Below, one piece after another: positions 10,918 to 20,542 of a stretch of DNA of 64,000 nucleotides. The stretch comes from an uncultured Pelagibius sp. GTDB lineage: Bacteria > Pseudomonadota > Alphaproteobacteria > Kiloniellales > Kiloniellaceae. The stretch's first letter is position 1, and each line of letters starts with the position of its first letter. The stretch spans positions 4,314 through 68,313 of the forward strand of contig CAYYIV010000022.1 in assembly GCA_964472095.1 (NCBI GenBank), in the 5' to 3' direction. Below the pieces are notes generated by a model. The model saw nothing but the letters and a program-made list of their open reading frames with translations, made no database searches and was not told the origin of the DNA. Position numbers and translations under genes: made by a program.

Positions 10918-13664
10918 ACCTCGGCCTGCTCGCCTTCGCGCAGCCCTGGCTGCTGCTCGCCCTGGCCGGGCTGCCGGTGCTCTGGCTGCTGCTGCGCCTG
11001 ACGCCGCCGGCGCCGCGGCGCATGGTGTTTCCCGCTATCCGCCTGCTGGCCGGCCTCAAGGCGCCGGAGGAGACCCCGGCACGCACGCCCTGGTGGCTGC
11101 TGCTGCTGCGCCTGCTCATCGTCACGCTGATCATCCTGGCGCTGGCACAGCCGCTGCTCAATCCCACCGCGCGCCTGGCCGGCAGCGGCCCGCTCGTGCT
11201 GGTGGTCGACGACGGCTGGTCGGCTGCCCGCTTCTGGCCGACCCGTCAGGCCGCTGCCGCCGACCTGCTGGCCCAGGCCGAGCGCGAGGATCGCCCGGTG
11301 ATGGTGCTGACCACGGCCGCCAGCGAGCAGGACTCGCCGCCCGAGGCCAGCGGCCTGCTGTCCGCCGCCGAGGCGCGCCGCCTGCTGCAGGGCCTGAAGC
11401 CGAAGCCCTGGCCCGCCGACCGCAGCGCCGCACTGGCCGCCGTGCGGGATCTCGACCTGCCGGGCGCCGCCAATGTGGTCTGGCTCTCCGATGGCCTCGC
11501 CAGCCCGGAGAGCGACGCCCTGGCCGCTGCGTTGCAGCGTCTCGGCAGCCTCCACGTGCTGCGTGACGAAGGTGAGGGCCTCGCCCGCCTCGCCCTGGCG
11601 CCGGCGACCGAAGGCGTCGACCTCGTCGCCCGTGCCCTGCGCGCCGATCCGGCCGGTGCAAGCGAAGGCGCCGTGCTGGCCATCGCCGGCGACGGGCGGA
11701 TCGTCACCAAGGCGCCGCTGATCTTCGAGCCCGGCGAACGCGAGGCCCGCACTCTGCTCGACCTGCCGACGGAGATGCGCAACCGCATCGCGCTGCTCAC
11801 CATCGAGGGCGAGACCACGGCCGGCGCCACGGTGCTGCTGGACGAGCGCTGGCGCCGCCGCCCCGTCGGACTGGTGCTCGCCGGCACCCAACAGGAGGCG
11901 CAACCCCTGCTCAGCGAAAGCTACTACCTGGACAGCGCGCTGCAGCCCTTCACCGAGCTGCGCAAGGGCAACGTCGAGGATCTGCTGCAGCGCCAGCTCG
12001 CCGTGCTGGCGGTATCCGACAGCGTCGTGCTGAGCGAGGACGAGCGCAGCCGCGTCGCCGCCTGGGTCAACGAGGGCGGCCTGCTGCTGCGCTTCGCTGG
12101 GCCGCACAGCGCGATCCGGACCCCCGCCGACCAGCGCGCCGACGACCTGCTGCCGGTGCGCCTGCGTGGCGGCGACCGTGTGCTCGGCGGTGCCCTCACC
12201 TGGGACACCCCGGCGCGCCTTGCACCCTTCGCTGCCGACAGCCCCTTCGCCGACCTGGCGCTGCCCGACGACGTGGTGATTCGGCGTCAGGTGCTCGCCG
12301 AACCTTCGCTGGACCTCGGCGAGAAGACCTGGGCGCGGCTGACCGACGGCACGCCGCTGGTTACCGCCGACCGGCTCGGCGACGGCTGGCTGGTGCTGTT
12401 CCACATCACCGCCAACACCGACTGGTCGAATCTGCCGATCTCCGGCCTCTTCGTGGAGATGCTGCGCCGGGTGATGGCAGTCAGCCAGGGCGTCGCCGGT
12501 GGCGGCGGCAGCCAGGCCCTGCCGCCGCTGGAGACCATGGACGGCTTCGGCATCCTCGGCACGCCGCCGGCCACGGTGCTGGCACTGGAAACCGGCGCGG
12601 CGTCCGCCAGCGCCATCGGGCCGCGCCATCCGCCGGGCTATTACGGCAACGACAGCCTGCGCCAGGCGCACAATCTCAGCAACTTCCTGCCGCAGCTGGA
12701 GCCGCTCGGCCGCCTGCCCGGCGGCGCCACCGCGAGCCTCTACCAGGAAAGCCCCGAACGGGACCTGAAGCCCTGGCTGATCGCCGCCGCACTGCTGCTC
12801 GCCCTCACCGACCTGCTGATTTCGCTGGCGCTGCGCGGCCTGCTGCGGCCGGCCGGTGCCACCGTGGTGCCGACGCTCTGCCTCGGTCTGGTGCTCGCCG
12901 GCCTCGCTTTGGCGCCACCGGCCCGGGCGCAGCAGAGTGACGACGCGCGGACCCTGGAAGCGACCCTGATGACCCGCCTCGCCTACGTGGTGACCGGCGA
13001 CGACGCGGTCGACGAGATCAGCCGCGCCGGCCTGCTCGGCCTGACCCGCGTGCTGGAGCGCCGCACCTCGGTGGAGGCCGGCACGCCGCTCGGCATCCGC
13101 CTGGGCCGCGACGACATGGCCTTTTACCCGCTGGTCTACTGGCCGGTCACCGCGACGCAGCCGGCGCTCAGCCGCGACGCGATCGACCAAGTGAACTACT
13201 TCCTGGCGCACGGCGGCACCATCCTCTTCGACCTGCGCGAAGCCAGCGGCGGCGCCCAGATCTTCGGCGGCGGCAGCCGCGGCACGCAGGACCTGCAGCG
13301 CCTCACCCAAGGCATCGCCATCCCGCCGCTGGAACCGGTGCCGGCCGACCACGTGCTGCGCAAGTCGTTCTACCTGATGGAGGACTTCCCCGGCCGCTTC
13401 GTCGGCGGCTCGCTGTGGCTCGAGGCGCTGGGCGAGAACATCAACGACGGCGTCACTTCGATTCTCGTCGGCAGCAATGACTGGGCCGGCGCCTGGGCGG
13501 TCAACGACCTTGGCCGCCCGCTGAATGCCGTGGTGCCGGGTGGGCCGCGCCAGCGCGAGATGGCCTATCGCTTCGGCATTAACCTCGTGATGTATGCGCT
13601 GACCGGCAACTACAAGGCCGATCAGGTGCACATCCCCTTCATCCTGGAGCGGCTCGGCCAATGA
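10911..13664 (+). CDS. Large membrane protein: BatA-type N-terminal double-TM region plus a DUF4159-like C-terminus
   Basis: The N-terminus is FAQPWLLLALAGLPVLWLLLRLTPPAPRRMVFPAIRLL. A degenerate vWA-like strand follows, LVLVVDDGWSA. The C-terminal end is FGINLVMYALTGNYKADQVHIPFILERLGQ. Its ATG overlaps the DUF58 stop (ATGCTGA at 10911-10917). Confidence 0.8.
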   Translation: MLNLGLLAFAQPWLLLALAGLPVLWLLLRLTPPAPRRMVFPAIRLLAGLKAPEETPARTPWWLLLLRLLIVTLIILALAQPLLNPTARLAGSGPLVLVVDDGWSAARFWPTRQAAAADLLAQAEREDRPVMVLTTAASEQDSPPEASGLLSAAEARRLLQGLKPKPWPADRSAALAAVRDLDLPGAANVVWLSDGLASPESDALAAALQRLGSLHVLRDEGEGLARLALAPATEGVDLVARALRADPAGASEGAVLAIAGDGRIVTKAPLIFEPGEREARTLLDLPTEMRNRIALLTIEGETTAGATVLLDERWRRRPVGLVLAGTQQEAQPLLSESYYLDSALQPFTELRKGNVEDLLQRQLAVLAVSDSVVLSEDERSRVAAWVNEGGLLLRFAGPHSAIRTPADQRADDLLPVRLRGGDRVLGGALTWDTPARLAPFAADSPFADLALPDDVVIRRQVLAEPSLDLGEKTWARLTDGTPLVTADRLGDGWLVLFHITANTDWSNLPISGLFVEMLRRVMAVSQGVAGGGGSQALPPLETMDGFGILGTPPATVLALETGAASASAIGPRHPPGYYGNDSLRQAHNLSNFLPQLEPLGRLPGGATASLYQESPERDLKPWLIAAALLLALTDLLISLALRGLLRPAGATVVPTLCLGLVLAGLALAPPARAQQSDDARTLEATLMTRLAYVVTGDDAVDEISRAGLLGLTRVLERRTSVEAGTPLGIRLGRDDMAFYPLVYWPVTATQPALSRDAIDQVNYFLAHGGTILFDLREASGGAQIFGGGSRGTQDLQRLTQGIAIPPLEPVPADHVLRKSFYLMEDFPGRFVGGSLWLEALGENINDGVTSILVGSNDWAGAWAVNDLGRPLNAVVPGGPRQREMAYRFGINLVMYALTGNYKADQVHIPFILERLGQ

Positions 13665-15739
13665 ATGCCCTGACCCTGCAGTGGGCACCGCTGCTGCCGC
13701 TCTACCTTGTGGCGTGGCTGGCTGCCCTCTCCGTGGTCCTGCTCGCCGTTGCGCTGTGGCGCCGCGCCTCCGGCGTGTGGTGGCGCGCTGGTGCTTTCGC
13801 GGTGCTGCTGCTGGCACTGGCCAACCCCTCGATCGTCGAGGAACAGCGCGACCCCCTGAGCGACGTGGTCTTCGTGGTCGCCGACGAGAGCGCCAGCCAG
13901 GAGATCGAGGAGCGTGGCAGCCAGACCGAGCAGGCGGTTGCCCACCTGCTGGCGCAGATCGGTGCCCTGGAGGCAACCGAGGTGCGCCTGATCCGCGCCG
14001 GCGACGCAGAGGGCGCACTCGACATCGAAGGCACCCGCCTCTTCGAACCGCTGCGCCAGGCCCTGGCCAAGGTGCCGCGCCAACGCGTCTCCGCCGTCAT
14101 CCTGGTCAGCGACGGCCAGGTCCACGACATGCCGGAGTCGCTGGAGAGCCTGGGCATCGATGCGCCCGTCCACCTGCTGCTGACCGGCCGGCCCGACGAG
14201 GGCGACCGCCGCCTGACCGTCATCAAGGCCCCCTCCTTCGGCATCGTCGGCGATCGGCTGACCCTCACCCTCAGGGTCGACGACCTGCCGGCCGGCCCCG
14301 CCGGCGGTAGTGCGCGTGTGGTGCTGCGCCAGGACGGCGTCGCCACCCAGGGCATCGATGCGCGCATCGGCGTCGATGAAGAGATGACCTTCGGGATAGA
14401 CCGCCGCGGCCCCAGCGTGCTGGAGATCGAGGTCCAGCCGGGACCGCAGGAACTGACGCTGTCCAACAACCGGGCCGCCGTGGTGGTGAACGGCGTGCGC
14501 GACCGCCTGCGCGTGCTGCTGGTTTCCGGCGAACCCCATGCCGGAGAGCGAGCCTGGCGCAACATCCTGAAGTCCGATCCCTCGGTCGATCTGGTGCACT
14601 TCACCATTCTCAGACCGCCGGAGAAACAGGACGGCACGCCGATCCGCGAGCTGTCGCTGATCGCTTTTCCGACCCGCGAGCTCTTCGAGGTGAAGCTCGA
14701 CGAATTCGACCTCATCATCTTCGACCGCTATCGCCGGCGCGGCGTGCTGCCGAGTATCTACCTGGAAAACGTCGCCAACTACGTGGAAAAGGGCGGCGCC
14801 CTGCTGGAGGCCGGCGGCCCGAGCTTCTCGACGCCGCTGTCGCTCTACCGCACGCCGCTCGGCCGCGTGCTGCCGGCCGAGCCGACTGGCCAGGTTTTCG
14901 AGACCGGCTTTTATCCGCAGATCACCGACCTGGGCAGCCGCCATCCGGTGACCGCCGGCCTCGACGGCAGCGGCAGCGTGGACGAGGCGCCGACCTGGGG
15001 CCGCTGGTTTCGGCAGATCGAGGGCGACATCAACCGCGGCAACATCCTGATGCAGGGTGTCGGCCAGAGTCCGCTGCTGATCCTTGACCGCTTCGGCGAG
15101 GGCCGCGTGGCACAGATCATGAGCGACCACATGTGGCTGTGGTCGCGCGGCTTCGAGGGCGGCGGCCCGCAGGCCGAGCTGCTGCGCCGCATCTCCCACT
15201 GGCTGATGAAGGAGCCGGATCTGGAGGAGGAGGACCTGCGCGCCCAGGTGCGCGGCGGCCTGTTGCAGGTCAACCGGCGTTCGCTCGCAGTCGAGGAGCC
15301 GGAGGTCACCGTGACCCTGCCCTCGGGCGAGAACCAGACGCTGCGCCTCTCCCCCGCCGGGGCAGGGCTCTCCACCGGCACCCTGGCGGCCGGAGAGAAC
15401 GGGCTCTACCGCATCACAGACGGCACGCTGACCACGCTGGCCGCTGTCGGCCCGCTGAACCCCCTGGAGCTGCGTGATCCGCGCTCCACCGGCGCCGTAG
15501 CCGCACCCCTGGTGGAGGAGAGCGGTGGTACGGTCCGGCGCATCGCCGAGGCAGAACTACCCGGCCTGCGCAAGGTCGCCGCCGACCGCGACCGTTTCGG
15601 CCGCGACTGGATCGGCCTCAAGCGCGGCGACGGCTATGTGGTGACCGGCGTGCTGCAGATCCCTGTGCTGCCTGCGCTGCTGGTGCTTTGCCTCAGCCTC
15701 GCGGCTGCGGTATTAGCATGGCAGCGCGAGGGACACTGA
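13661..15739 (+). CDS. Membrane-anchored vWA-like / amidotransferase-like protein, fourth gene of the MoxR operon
   Basis: N-terminal TM helices are followed by DVVFVVADESASQ (an intact DxSxS MIDAS-like motif). There is a central block LRVLLVSGEPHAGERAWRNILKSDPSVDLVHFTILRPP and a C-terminal TM. It has an ATGA start/stop overlap with the previous gene (13661-13664). Confidence 0.7.
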   Translation: MNALTLQWAPLLPLYLVAWLAALSVVLLAVALWRRASGVWWRAGAFAVLLLALANPSIVEEQRDPLSDVVFVVADESASQEIEERGSQTEQAVAHLLAQIGALEATEVRLIRAGDAEGALDIEGTRLFEPLRQALAKVPRQRVSAVILVSDGQVHDMPESLESLGIDAPVHLLLTGRPDEGDRRLTVIKAPSFGIVGDRLTLTLRVDDLPAGPAGGSARVVLRQDGVATQGIDARIGVDEEMTFGIDRRGPSVLEIEVQPGPQELTLSNNRAAVVVNGVRDRLRVLLVSGEPHAGERAWRNILKSDPSVDLVHFTILRPPEKQDGTPIRELSLIAFPTRELFEVKLDEFDLIIFDRYRRRGVLPSIYLENVANYVEKGGALLEAGGPSFSTPLSLYRTPLGRVLPAEPTGQVFETGFYPQITDLGSRHPVTAGLDGSGSVDEAPTWGRWFRQIEGDINRGNILMQGVGQSPLLILDRFGEGRVAQIMSDHMWLWSRGFEGGGPQAELLRRISHWLMKEPDLEEEDLRAQVRGGLLQVNRRSLAVEEPEVTVTLPSGENQTLRLSPAGAGLSTGTLAAGENGLYRITDGTLTTLAAVGPLNPLELRDPRSTGAVAAPLVEESGGTVRRIAEAELPGLRKVAADRDRFGRDWIGLKRGDGYVVTGVLQIPVLPALLVLCLSLAAAVLAWQREGH

Positions 15740-15756
15740 CCGAGACAGCCTTCATC

Positions 15757-16254
15757 ATGTACCACCCGAGGTCCAAGGCTTCGCTGACGAGCCCGATCAT
15801 GCTGCTCGTCTTCGTGATCATATGCCTGGCCGCCGGGAGGCTCGGCGCGGCTTTCACCGAGCCAGCCCTCGAAAGCTGGTACCGCGGCCTTGCGAAGCCG
15901 GACTGGACGCCGCCCGACCTGGTCTTTCCGGTCGCCTGGTCGCTGATCTTCGTCATGATCGGCATCGCCGCCTGGCTGGTGTGGAAGACCGCGGAGCGCG
16001 GCCAGGCCCGCCTGCCGCTCACCCTGTTCTTCGGCCAGCTGGCGATCAACGTGCTGTGGTCGTTCTCCTTCTTCGGCCAGCGCGACCCCTTGCTGGGGCT
16101 GGTCTGCCTCGGCACCCTGGTCCTGGCGGTCATCCTCACCACCATCGCCTTCTCGCGGGTTTCCAAGGCGGCGGGGTGGCTGTTCCTGCCCTACATGCTG
16201 TGGCTCGGCTATGCCGGCGCCCTCAACTTCGCGATCTGGCGGCTGAACGCCTGA
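15757..16254 (+). CDS. tspO: TspO/MBR tryptophan-rich sensory protein
   Basis: WYRGLAKPDWTPPDLVFPVAWSLIFVMIGIAAWLVW, LWSFSFFG and LPYMLWLGYAGALNFAIWRLN are present. The ATG at 15757 lies 17 nt after the previous stop. Confidence 0.88.
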   Translation: MYHPRSKASLTSPIMLLVFVIICLAAGRLGAAFTEPALESWYRGLAKPDWTPPDLVFPVAWSLIFVMIGIAAWLVWKTAERGQARLPLTLFFGQLAINVLWSFSFFGQRDPLLGLVCLGTLVLAVILTTIAFSRVSKAAGWLFLPYMLWLGYAGALNFAIWRLNA

Positions 16255-16280
16255 GGCTCTTCAGGCCGGCTTAGCGCCGT

Positions 16281-16841
16281 TCAGGCGACCGAGCGTCGAA
16301 CCCGCCTCCGGCGCGCCGACTTGGCTTCAGCCGACCGCAGAGCGCCCGGCTGGCCCCGCCCAATGACGCCGTGGACGCCGGCCAGCGCCCCGGCAACCAG
16401 CTCCGTCACCTGGAAGCGCTCCGGCTCGACCGGCCCGGGCAGGGAGAGCCCATGGGCAGATGCCGGGATGAAGCCGAAGGGCCGGTAGTAGTTCGGATCG
16501 CCGACCACCACGCAGATGGCATGGCCGGCGTCCTGCGCGGCCTTGAGGCTGTGGCGAACCAGCGCCTTGCCGATGCCGCGCCCCTGCAACGCCGGCTCCA
16601 CCGCCAGCGGCCCCAAGAGGATGGCTGGCGTGCCGGCGATGGCGATCGGCCAATAGCGGATCGAGGCGAGGAAGCTGCCGTCGTCATCGATCGCCGAGAA
16701 GCACAGCTCGGGCAGCGGGTCGAGGTTCTCGCGCAGCCGGTAGACGGTCTTGCGGTTGCGATCGAAGCCAAAGGTGCGGTCGAGCAGGGGGGTGATCAGC
16801 GCGGCGTCTTGCGGCCGCTCGGGCGCGATGGTGAAGCTCAT
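16281..16841 (-). CDS. GNAT family N-acetyltransferase
   Basis: LGPLAVEPALQGRGIGKALVRHSL is the acetyl-CoA binding motif A (Q/RxxGxG/A). GHAICVVVGDPNYYRPFGF is also present. Confidence 0.8.
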   Translation of the reverse strand: MSFTIAPERPQDAALITPLLDRTFGFDRNRKTVYRLRENLDPLPELCFSAIDDDGSFLASIRYWPIAIAGTPAILLGPLAVEPALQGRGIGKALVRHSLKAAQDAGHAICVVVGDPNYYRPFGFIPASAHGLSLPGPVEPERFQVTELVAGALAGVHGVIGRGQPGALRSAEAKSARRRRVRRSVA

Positions 16842-17067
16842 GATCTTTGTTCCAGGCGGGCCGCCGCAGGTGTCGTAGCAGTACGGTGCGGCCGAGGTTG
16901 ACTGCAGGCTGAAAGCCGCGCGGAAAAAGCGCGGATCAGCGTCGTCGTCGCAGTCGTTCCTGGGTGATCATGGAGTCTGTCTATCAGCCGGATCATTAAA
17001 GACGGGTGAATAACACAGATCGACGCTGGTGAGATAGCCTCCAATGCGGGGGGCCGCGATTTCCACT

Positions 17068-18015
17068 TCAGCCGCCCTTCACCCCCAGGAGCGGCGGGGC
17101 GAGCGCGTCGAGGCCGGCGTCCCAGTAGGGCTGCTGGCCGAAGCGTTGGGCCAGGAAATCGACGAAGACCCGCACCTTCACCGAGAGATTGCGGCTGTGC
17201 GGATAGACCGCGTGGATACCCTGGTCGGGCAGCGGAAAGCCGGGCAGCACCACCTCCAAGCGGCCGTCGCGCAGGTGCGGGCCGACGATGAAGGTGGGCA
17301 GCCGGGTGATCCCCATGCCGCCGAGGGCGGCGCCGCAGAGGACGTCGCCGTTGTTGGCGATCAGCGGCCCCTCGACGGCGACGCTCTGGCGGCCGCCCGG
17401 CCCGGTCACCGTCCACTCGCGCGGATTGTCGGTGTTGGCATAGAGCAGGCAGTCGTGGCTGGCGAGGTCCTCCGGCCGCTCGGGCCGGCCGCGGCGCTCA
17501 AGATAGTCAGGACTGGCGCAGAGCGCGGCGCGGCAGGGGGCGAGGCGGCGCGCAATGAGGCTGGAGTCCCGCAGGTCGCCGATGCGCAGGGCGATGTCGT
17601 AGCCCTCCTCGATAAGGTCGACGAAGCGGTCGTTCATCGCCGCCTCGACGGTAATCTGCGGGTAACGGGCGTGAAAGGCCGGAATGGCGCTGCTCAGGTG
17701 CAGGAACCCGAAAGACATCGGCGCGTTCAGCTTCAAGAGGCCGCGCGGCGCCGCCGCGAGATCGCTGACCGCCTGCTCCGCCGTCTCTGCCTCGTCCAGC
17801 ACGCGCCGGCAGGCGGCATAGAAGGTGTTCCCCGCCTCGGTAAGGGAGAGGCGCCGCGTGGTGCGGTTCAGCAGGCGCACACCGAGACGGTCCTCCAGGC
17901 GGCCAATCTGCTTGGACACCGCCGACTTGCTGACGCCGAGACGGCGGGCCGCCGCAGAGAAGCCGTCGGACTCGACCACCTCGGCGAAAACCTCCATCTC
18001 ATCCAGACGGGCCAT
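17068..18015 (-). CDS. LysR family transcriptional regulator
   Basis: [62 protein letters not shown] is a LysR HTH. The ATG is at 18013-18015 with GAGGAA upstream. It is divergent from wrbA. Confidence 0.88.
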   Translation of the reverse strand: MARLDEMEVFAEVVESDGFSAAARRLGVSKSAVSKQIGRLEDRLGVRLLNRTTRRLSLTEAGNTFYAACRRVLDEAETAEQAVSDLAAAPRGLLKLNAPMSFGFLHLSSAIPAFHARYPQITVEAAMNDRFVDLIEEGYDIALRIGDLRDSSLIARRLAPCRAALCASPDYLERRGRPERPEDLASHDCLLYANTDNPREWTVTGPGGRQSVAVEGPLIANNGDVLCGAALGGMGITRLPTFIVGPHLRDGRLEVVLPGFPLPDQGIHAVYPHSRNLSVKVRVFVDFLAQRFGQQPYWDAGLDALAPPLLGVKGG

Positions 18016-18020
18016 GGCAG

Positions 18021-18047
18021 TTGTTTCCTCAGAGAAACAATATTGTT
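18021..18047. promoter_or_regulatory. Overlapping palindromes in the LysR/wrbA divergent region (candidate LysR operator)
   Basis: TTGTTTC-N6-GAAACAA lies at 18021-18040 and overlaps a 12-bp perfect palindrome AACAATATTGTT at 18036-18047. Both are immediately upstream of the LysR start and inside the AT-rich part of the intergenic region. Confidence 0.35.
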
Positions 18048-18162
18048 CCAAGTTAGGTTATTAATATCAAACGGAGAACGACTTAACTATTGCGCATCAC
18101 CGCCGCCGGCGGCCCGGAAAACGACAGCAAGCCAACCCAAGCCATCGAGGGGAATTCCAGCC

Positions 18163-18765
18163 ATGACCAAGATTCTCGTCCTCTACTACAGCAGCTACGG
18201 CCACGTCGAAACCATGGCCGGTGCCGTCGCCGAGGGCGCCAAGGGCGTCACCGGTACCGAGGTCACCGTAAAGCGGGTGCCGGAGCTGATGCCGGACGAG
18301 GTTGCCAAGAAGGCAGGCGTGAAGCTCGACCAGGCGGCGCCGATCGCCAAGCCCGAGGAACTGGCCGACTACGATGCCGTCATCTTCGGGACACCGACCC
18401 GCTTCGGCAACATGGCGGCGCAGATGCGCAACTTCCTCGACCAGACCGGCAGCCTGTGGATGAAGGGATCGCTGATCGGCAAAGTCGGCAGCGTCTTCGC
18501 CTCCACCGCCACCCAGCACGGCGGACAGGAGACCACCATCACCTCCTTCCACACCACCCTGCTGCACCAGGGCATGGTCATCGTCGGCCTGCCCTACAGC
18601 TGCCAGGAGCAGATGACGCTGGACGAGATCGCTGGCGGCTCGCCCTACGGCGCCACCACCATCGCCGGTGGCGACGGCAGCCGCCAGCCGAGTGAGAAGG
18701 AACTGACCATGGCGCGCTTCCAGGGCCGTCATGTCGCCGAGATAGCCGCCAAGCTGGCGGCCTGA
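18163..18765 (+). CDS. wrbA: NAD(P)H:quinone oxidoreductase WrbA (flavodoxin-like)
   Basis: [26 protein letters not shown]..., [25 protein letters not shown] and [14 protein letters not shown] are present. It is only the last third of track ORF 17044..18765. Confidence 0.92.
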   Translation: MTKILVLYYSSYGHVETMAGAVAEGAKGVTGTEVTVKRVPELMPDEVAKKAGVKLDQAAPIAKPEELADYDAVIFGTPTRFGNMAAQMRNFLDQTGSLWMKGSLIGKVGSVFASTATQHGGQETTITSFHTTLLHQGMVIVGLPYSCQEQMTLDEIAGGSPYGATTIAGGDGSRQPSEKELTMARFQGRHVAEIAAKLAA

Positions 18766-18804
18766 CGCAGGGCGCCAGCTTGGCGTCGCCATAGGAGCAC
18801 GACG

Positions 18805-19503
18805 ATGATCGAGATCAAGTCCTTCGACCGGCTGGGGCGCTTCGACAACGACTGGCTGTCGGCGCGCTACCACTTCAGCTTCGCCAACTACCACGATCCG
18901 CACCGCATGGGTGTCGGCCCCTTACGGGTTTGGAACGACGACACCATCCAGCCGGGCACCGGCTTCGACCTGCACGGCCACCGCGACATGGAGATCATCA
19001 CCTACGTGCGCCGCGGCGCCATCACCCACAAGGACCACCTGGGCAACGTCGGCCGCACCGAGGCCGGCGACGTCCAGGTGATGTCGGCGGGCAGCGGCAT
19101 CATGCATGCCGAGTTCAACCAGGAAGACGAGACGACGCAGATCTTCCAGATCTGGATCGAGCCGGCGGTGCACGGCGTGGCGCCGCGCTGGGAGACCCGC
19201 AGCTTCCCCAAGGCAGGCCGCGAGGGCCAGCTGGTGACGCTCGCCTCCGGCCGCAAGGACGACGACGGCGCCCTGCCGATCTACCAGGACGCCGCCATCC
19301 TCGGTGCCACGCTGAAGGCCGGCCAGTCGGTCACCCACCGCCTGGCGCCGGGCCGCAAGGTCTACCTGGTGCCGGCGACCGGCCGCGTCACCGTGAACGG
19401 CAAGGCCGCCGGCGCGCGCGACGGCGTGGTGCTGGAAGACATCGAGGAGGTGACGATCGCCGCCGAGGAGGATGCGGAGATCCTGCTCGCCGACGTCGCC
19501 TGA
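18805..19503 (+). CDS. Pirin family protein
   Basis: ARYHFSFANYHDPHRMGVGPLRVWNDDTIQPGTGFDLHGHRDMEIITYVRRGAITHKDHLGN...MSAGSGIMHAEFN carries the pirin metal-binding His/Glu pattern. AGGAG lies upstream. Confidence 0.9.
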   Translation: MIEIKSFDRLGRFDNDWLSARYHFSFANYHDPHRMGVGPLRVWNDDTIQPGTGFDLHGHRDMEIITYVRRGAITHKDHLGNVGRTEAGDVQVMSAGSGIMHAEFNQEDETTQIFQIWIEPAVHGVAPRWETRSFPKAGREGQLVTLASGRKDDDGALPIYQDAAILGATLKAGQSVTHRLAPGRKVYLVPATGRVTVNGKAAGARDGVVLEDIEEVTIAAEEDAEILLADVA

Positions 19504-19531
19504 ACCGCGAAACAGGCAAAAGGAGAATGAG

Positions 19532-20518
19532 ATGGGACTGCTGATCGACGGTGTCTGGCACGACAAGTGGTACGACACCAAGAAGTCCGGCGGCCGCTTC
19601 GAGCGGCAGGAGAGCGTCTTCCGCAACTGGGTCACCGTCGACGGCAGCGCCGGCCCCGGCGGCGAGGCCGGCTTCAAGGCGGAAGTCGGACGCTATCATC
19701 TCTACGTCTCCCTGGCCTGCCCTTGGGCGCACCGCACGCTGATCTTCCGCAAGCTGAAGGGCCTGGACGAAATCATCCCGATCTCGGTGGTGCACTGGCA
19801 CATGGGCGCCGAGGGCTGGACCTTCGAGCCGGGCCCCGGCACGCTTCCCGACAGCGTCAACAGCGCCGCCAAGCTGCACCAGGTCTATACCAAGGCACTG
19901 GCGGACTACACAGGCCGCGTGACTGTGCCGGTGCTGTGGGACAAGCAGCGCGAGACCATCGTCAGCAACGAGTCGGCAGAAATCATCCGCATGTTCAACA
20001 GCGCCTTCGACGGCATCACCGGATCGACGCCGGACTTCTATCCGCAGCACCTGAGGAAGGAGATCGACACGGTCAACGACGCCGTCTACCACAAGGTCAA
20101 CAACGGTGTTTACAAGTGCGGCTTCGCCACCGAGCAGAAGCCCTACGAAGAAGCTTTCGATGCACTCTTCGCGACGCTCGACGACCTCGAGCAGCGGCTA
20201 TCGCGCCAGCGCTACCTGCTGGGTGACCGCCTCACCGAGGCGGACTGGCGCCTGTTCACCACGCTGGTGCGCTTCGATCCGGTCTATCACGGCCACTTCA
20301 AATGCAACCTCAAGCGCCTCGCCGACTATCCCAACCTGTGGAACTACACCCGCGAGCTCTACCAGGTGCCGGGCGTCGCCGAGACCGTGAACCTGCACCA
20401 CATCAAGCACCACTACTACGAGAGCCATCCGACGGTGAACCCCAGCGGCATTGTCCCGAAGGGCCCGGCCATCGACTTCGCCGCCCCGCACAATCGCGAG
20501 TCACTTAAAGCAGCGTAG
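19532..20518 (+). CDS. yqjG: Glutathionyl-hydroquinone reductase (Xi-class GST, YqjG-like)
   Basis: GRFERQESVFRNWVT...GRYHLYVSLACPWAHRTLIFRKLKGL contains the CPWA active site. The ATG at 19532 is preceded by AGGAGA. Confidence 0.88.
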   Translation: MGLLIDGVWHDKWYDTKKSGGRFERQESVFRNWVTVDGSAGPGGEAGFKAEVGRYHLYVSLACPWAHRTLIFRKLKGLDEIIPISVVHWHMGAEGWTFEPGPGTLPDSVNSAAKLHQVYTKALADYTGRVTVPVLWDKQRETIVSNESAEIIRMFNSAFDGITGSTPDFYPQHLRKEIDTVNDAVYHKVNNGVYKCGFATEQKPYEEAFDALFATLDDLEQRLSRQRYLLGDRLTEADWRLFTTLVRFDPVYHGHFKCNLKRLADYPNLWNYTRELYQVPGVAETVNLHHIKHHYYESHPTVNPSGIVPKGPAIDFAAPHNRESLKAA

Positions 20519-20542
20519 CTCAGCTCGAGGGCGGATGGCTCC

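Noticed and set aside
10884-14018. A 1,044-codon minus-strand ORF. Similar very long ORFs occur at 34594-37149 (+), 44998-47268 (-), 56072-58219 (+), 39602-41401 (+), 37195-38376 and 37325-38494 (-), 30528-32009 (-) and 13622-15199 (-).
   Set aside because: They are antisense or off-frame shadows of genes with clear family signatures on the other strand. Their translations are Arg/Ala/Gly/Pro/His-rich low-complexity strings with no motifs, as expected when stop codons are rare in high-GC DNA.
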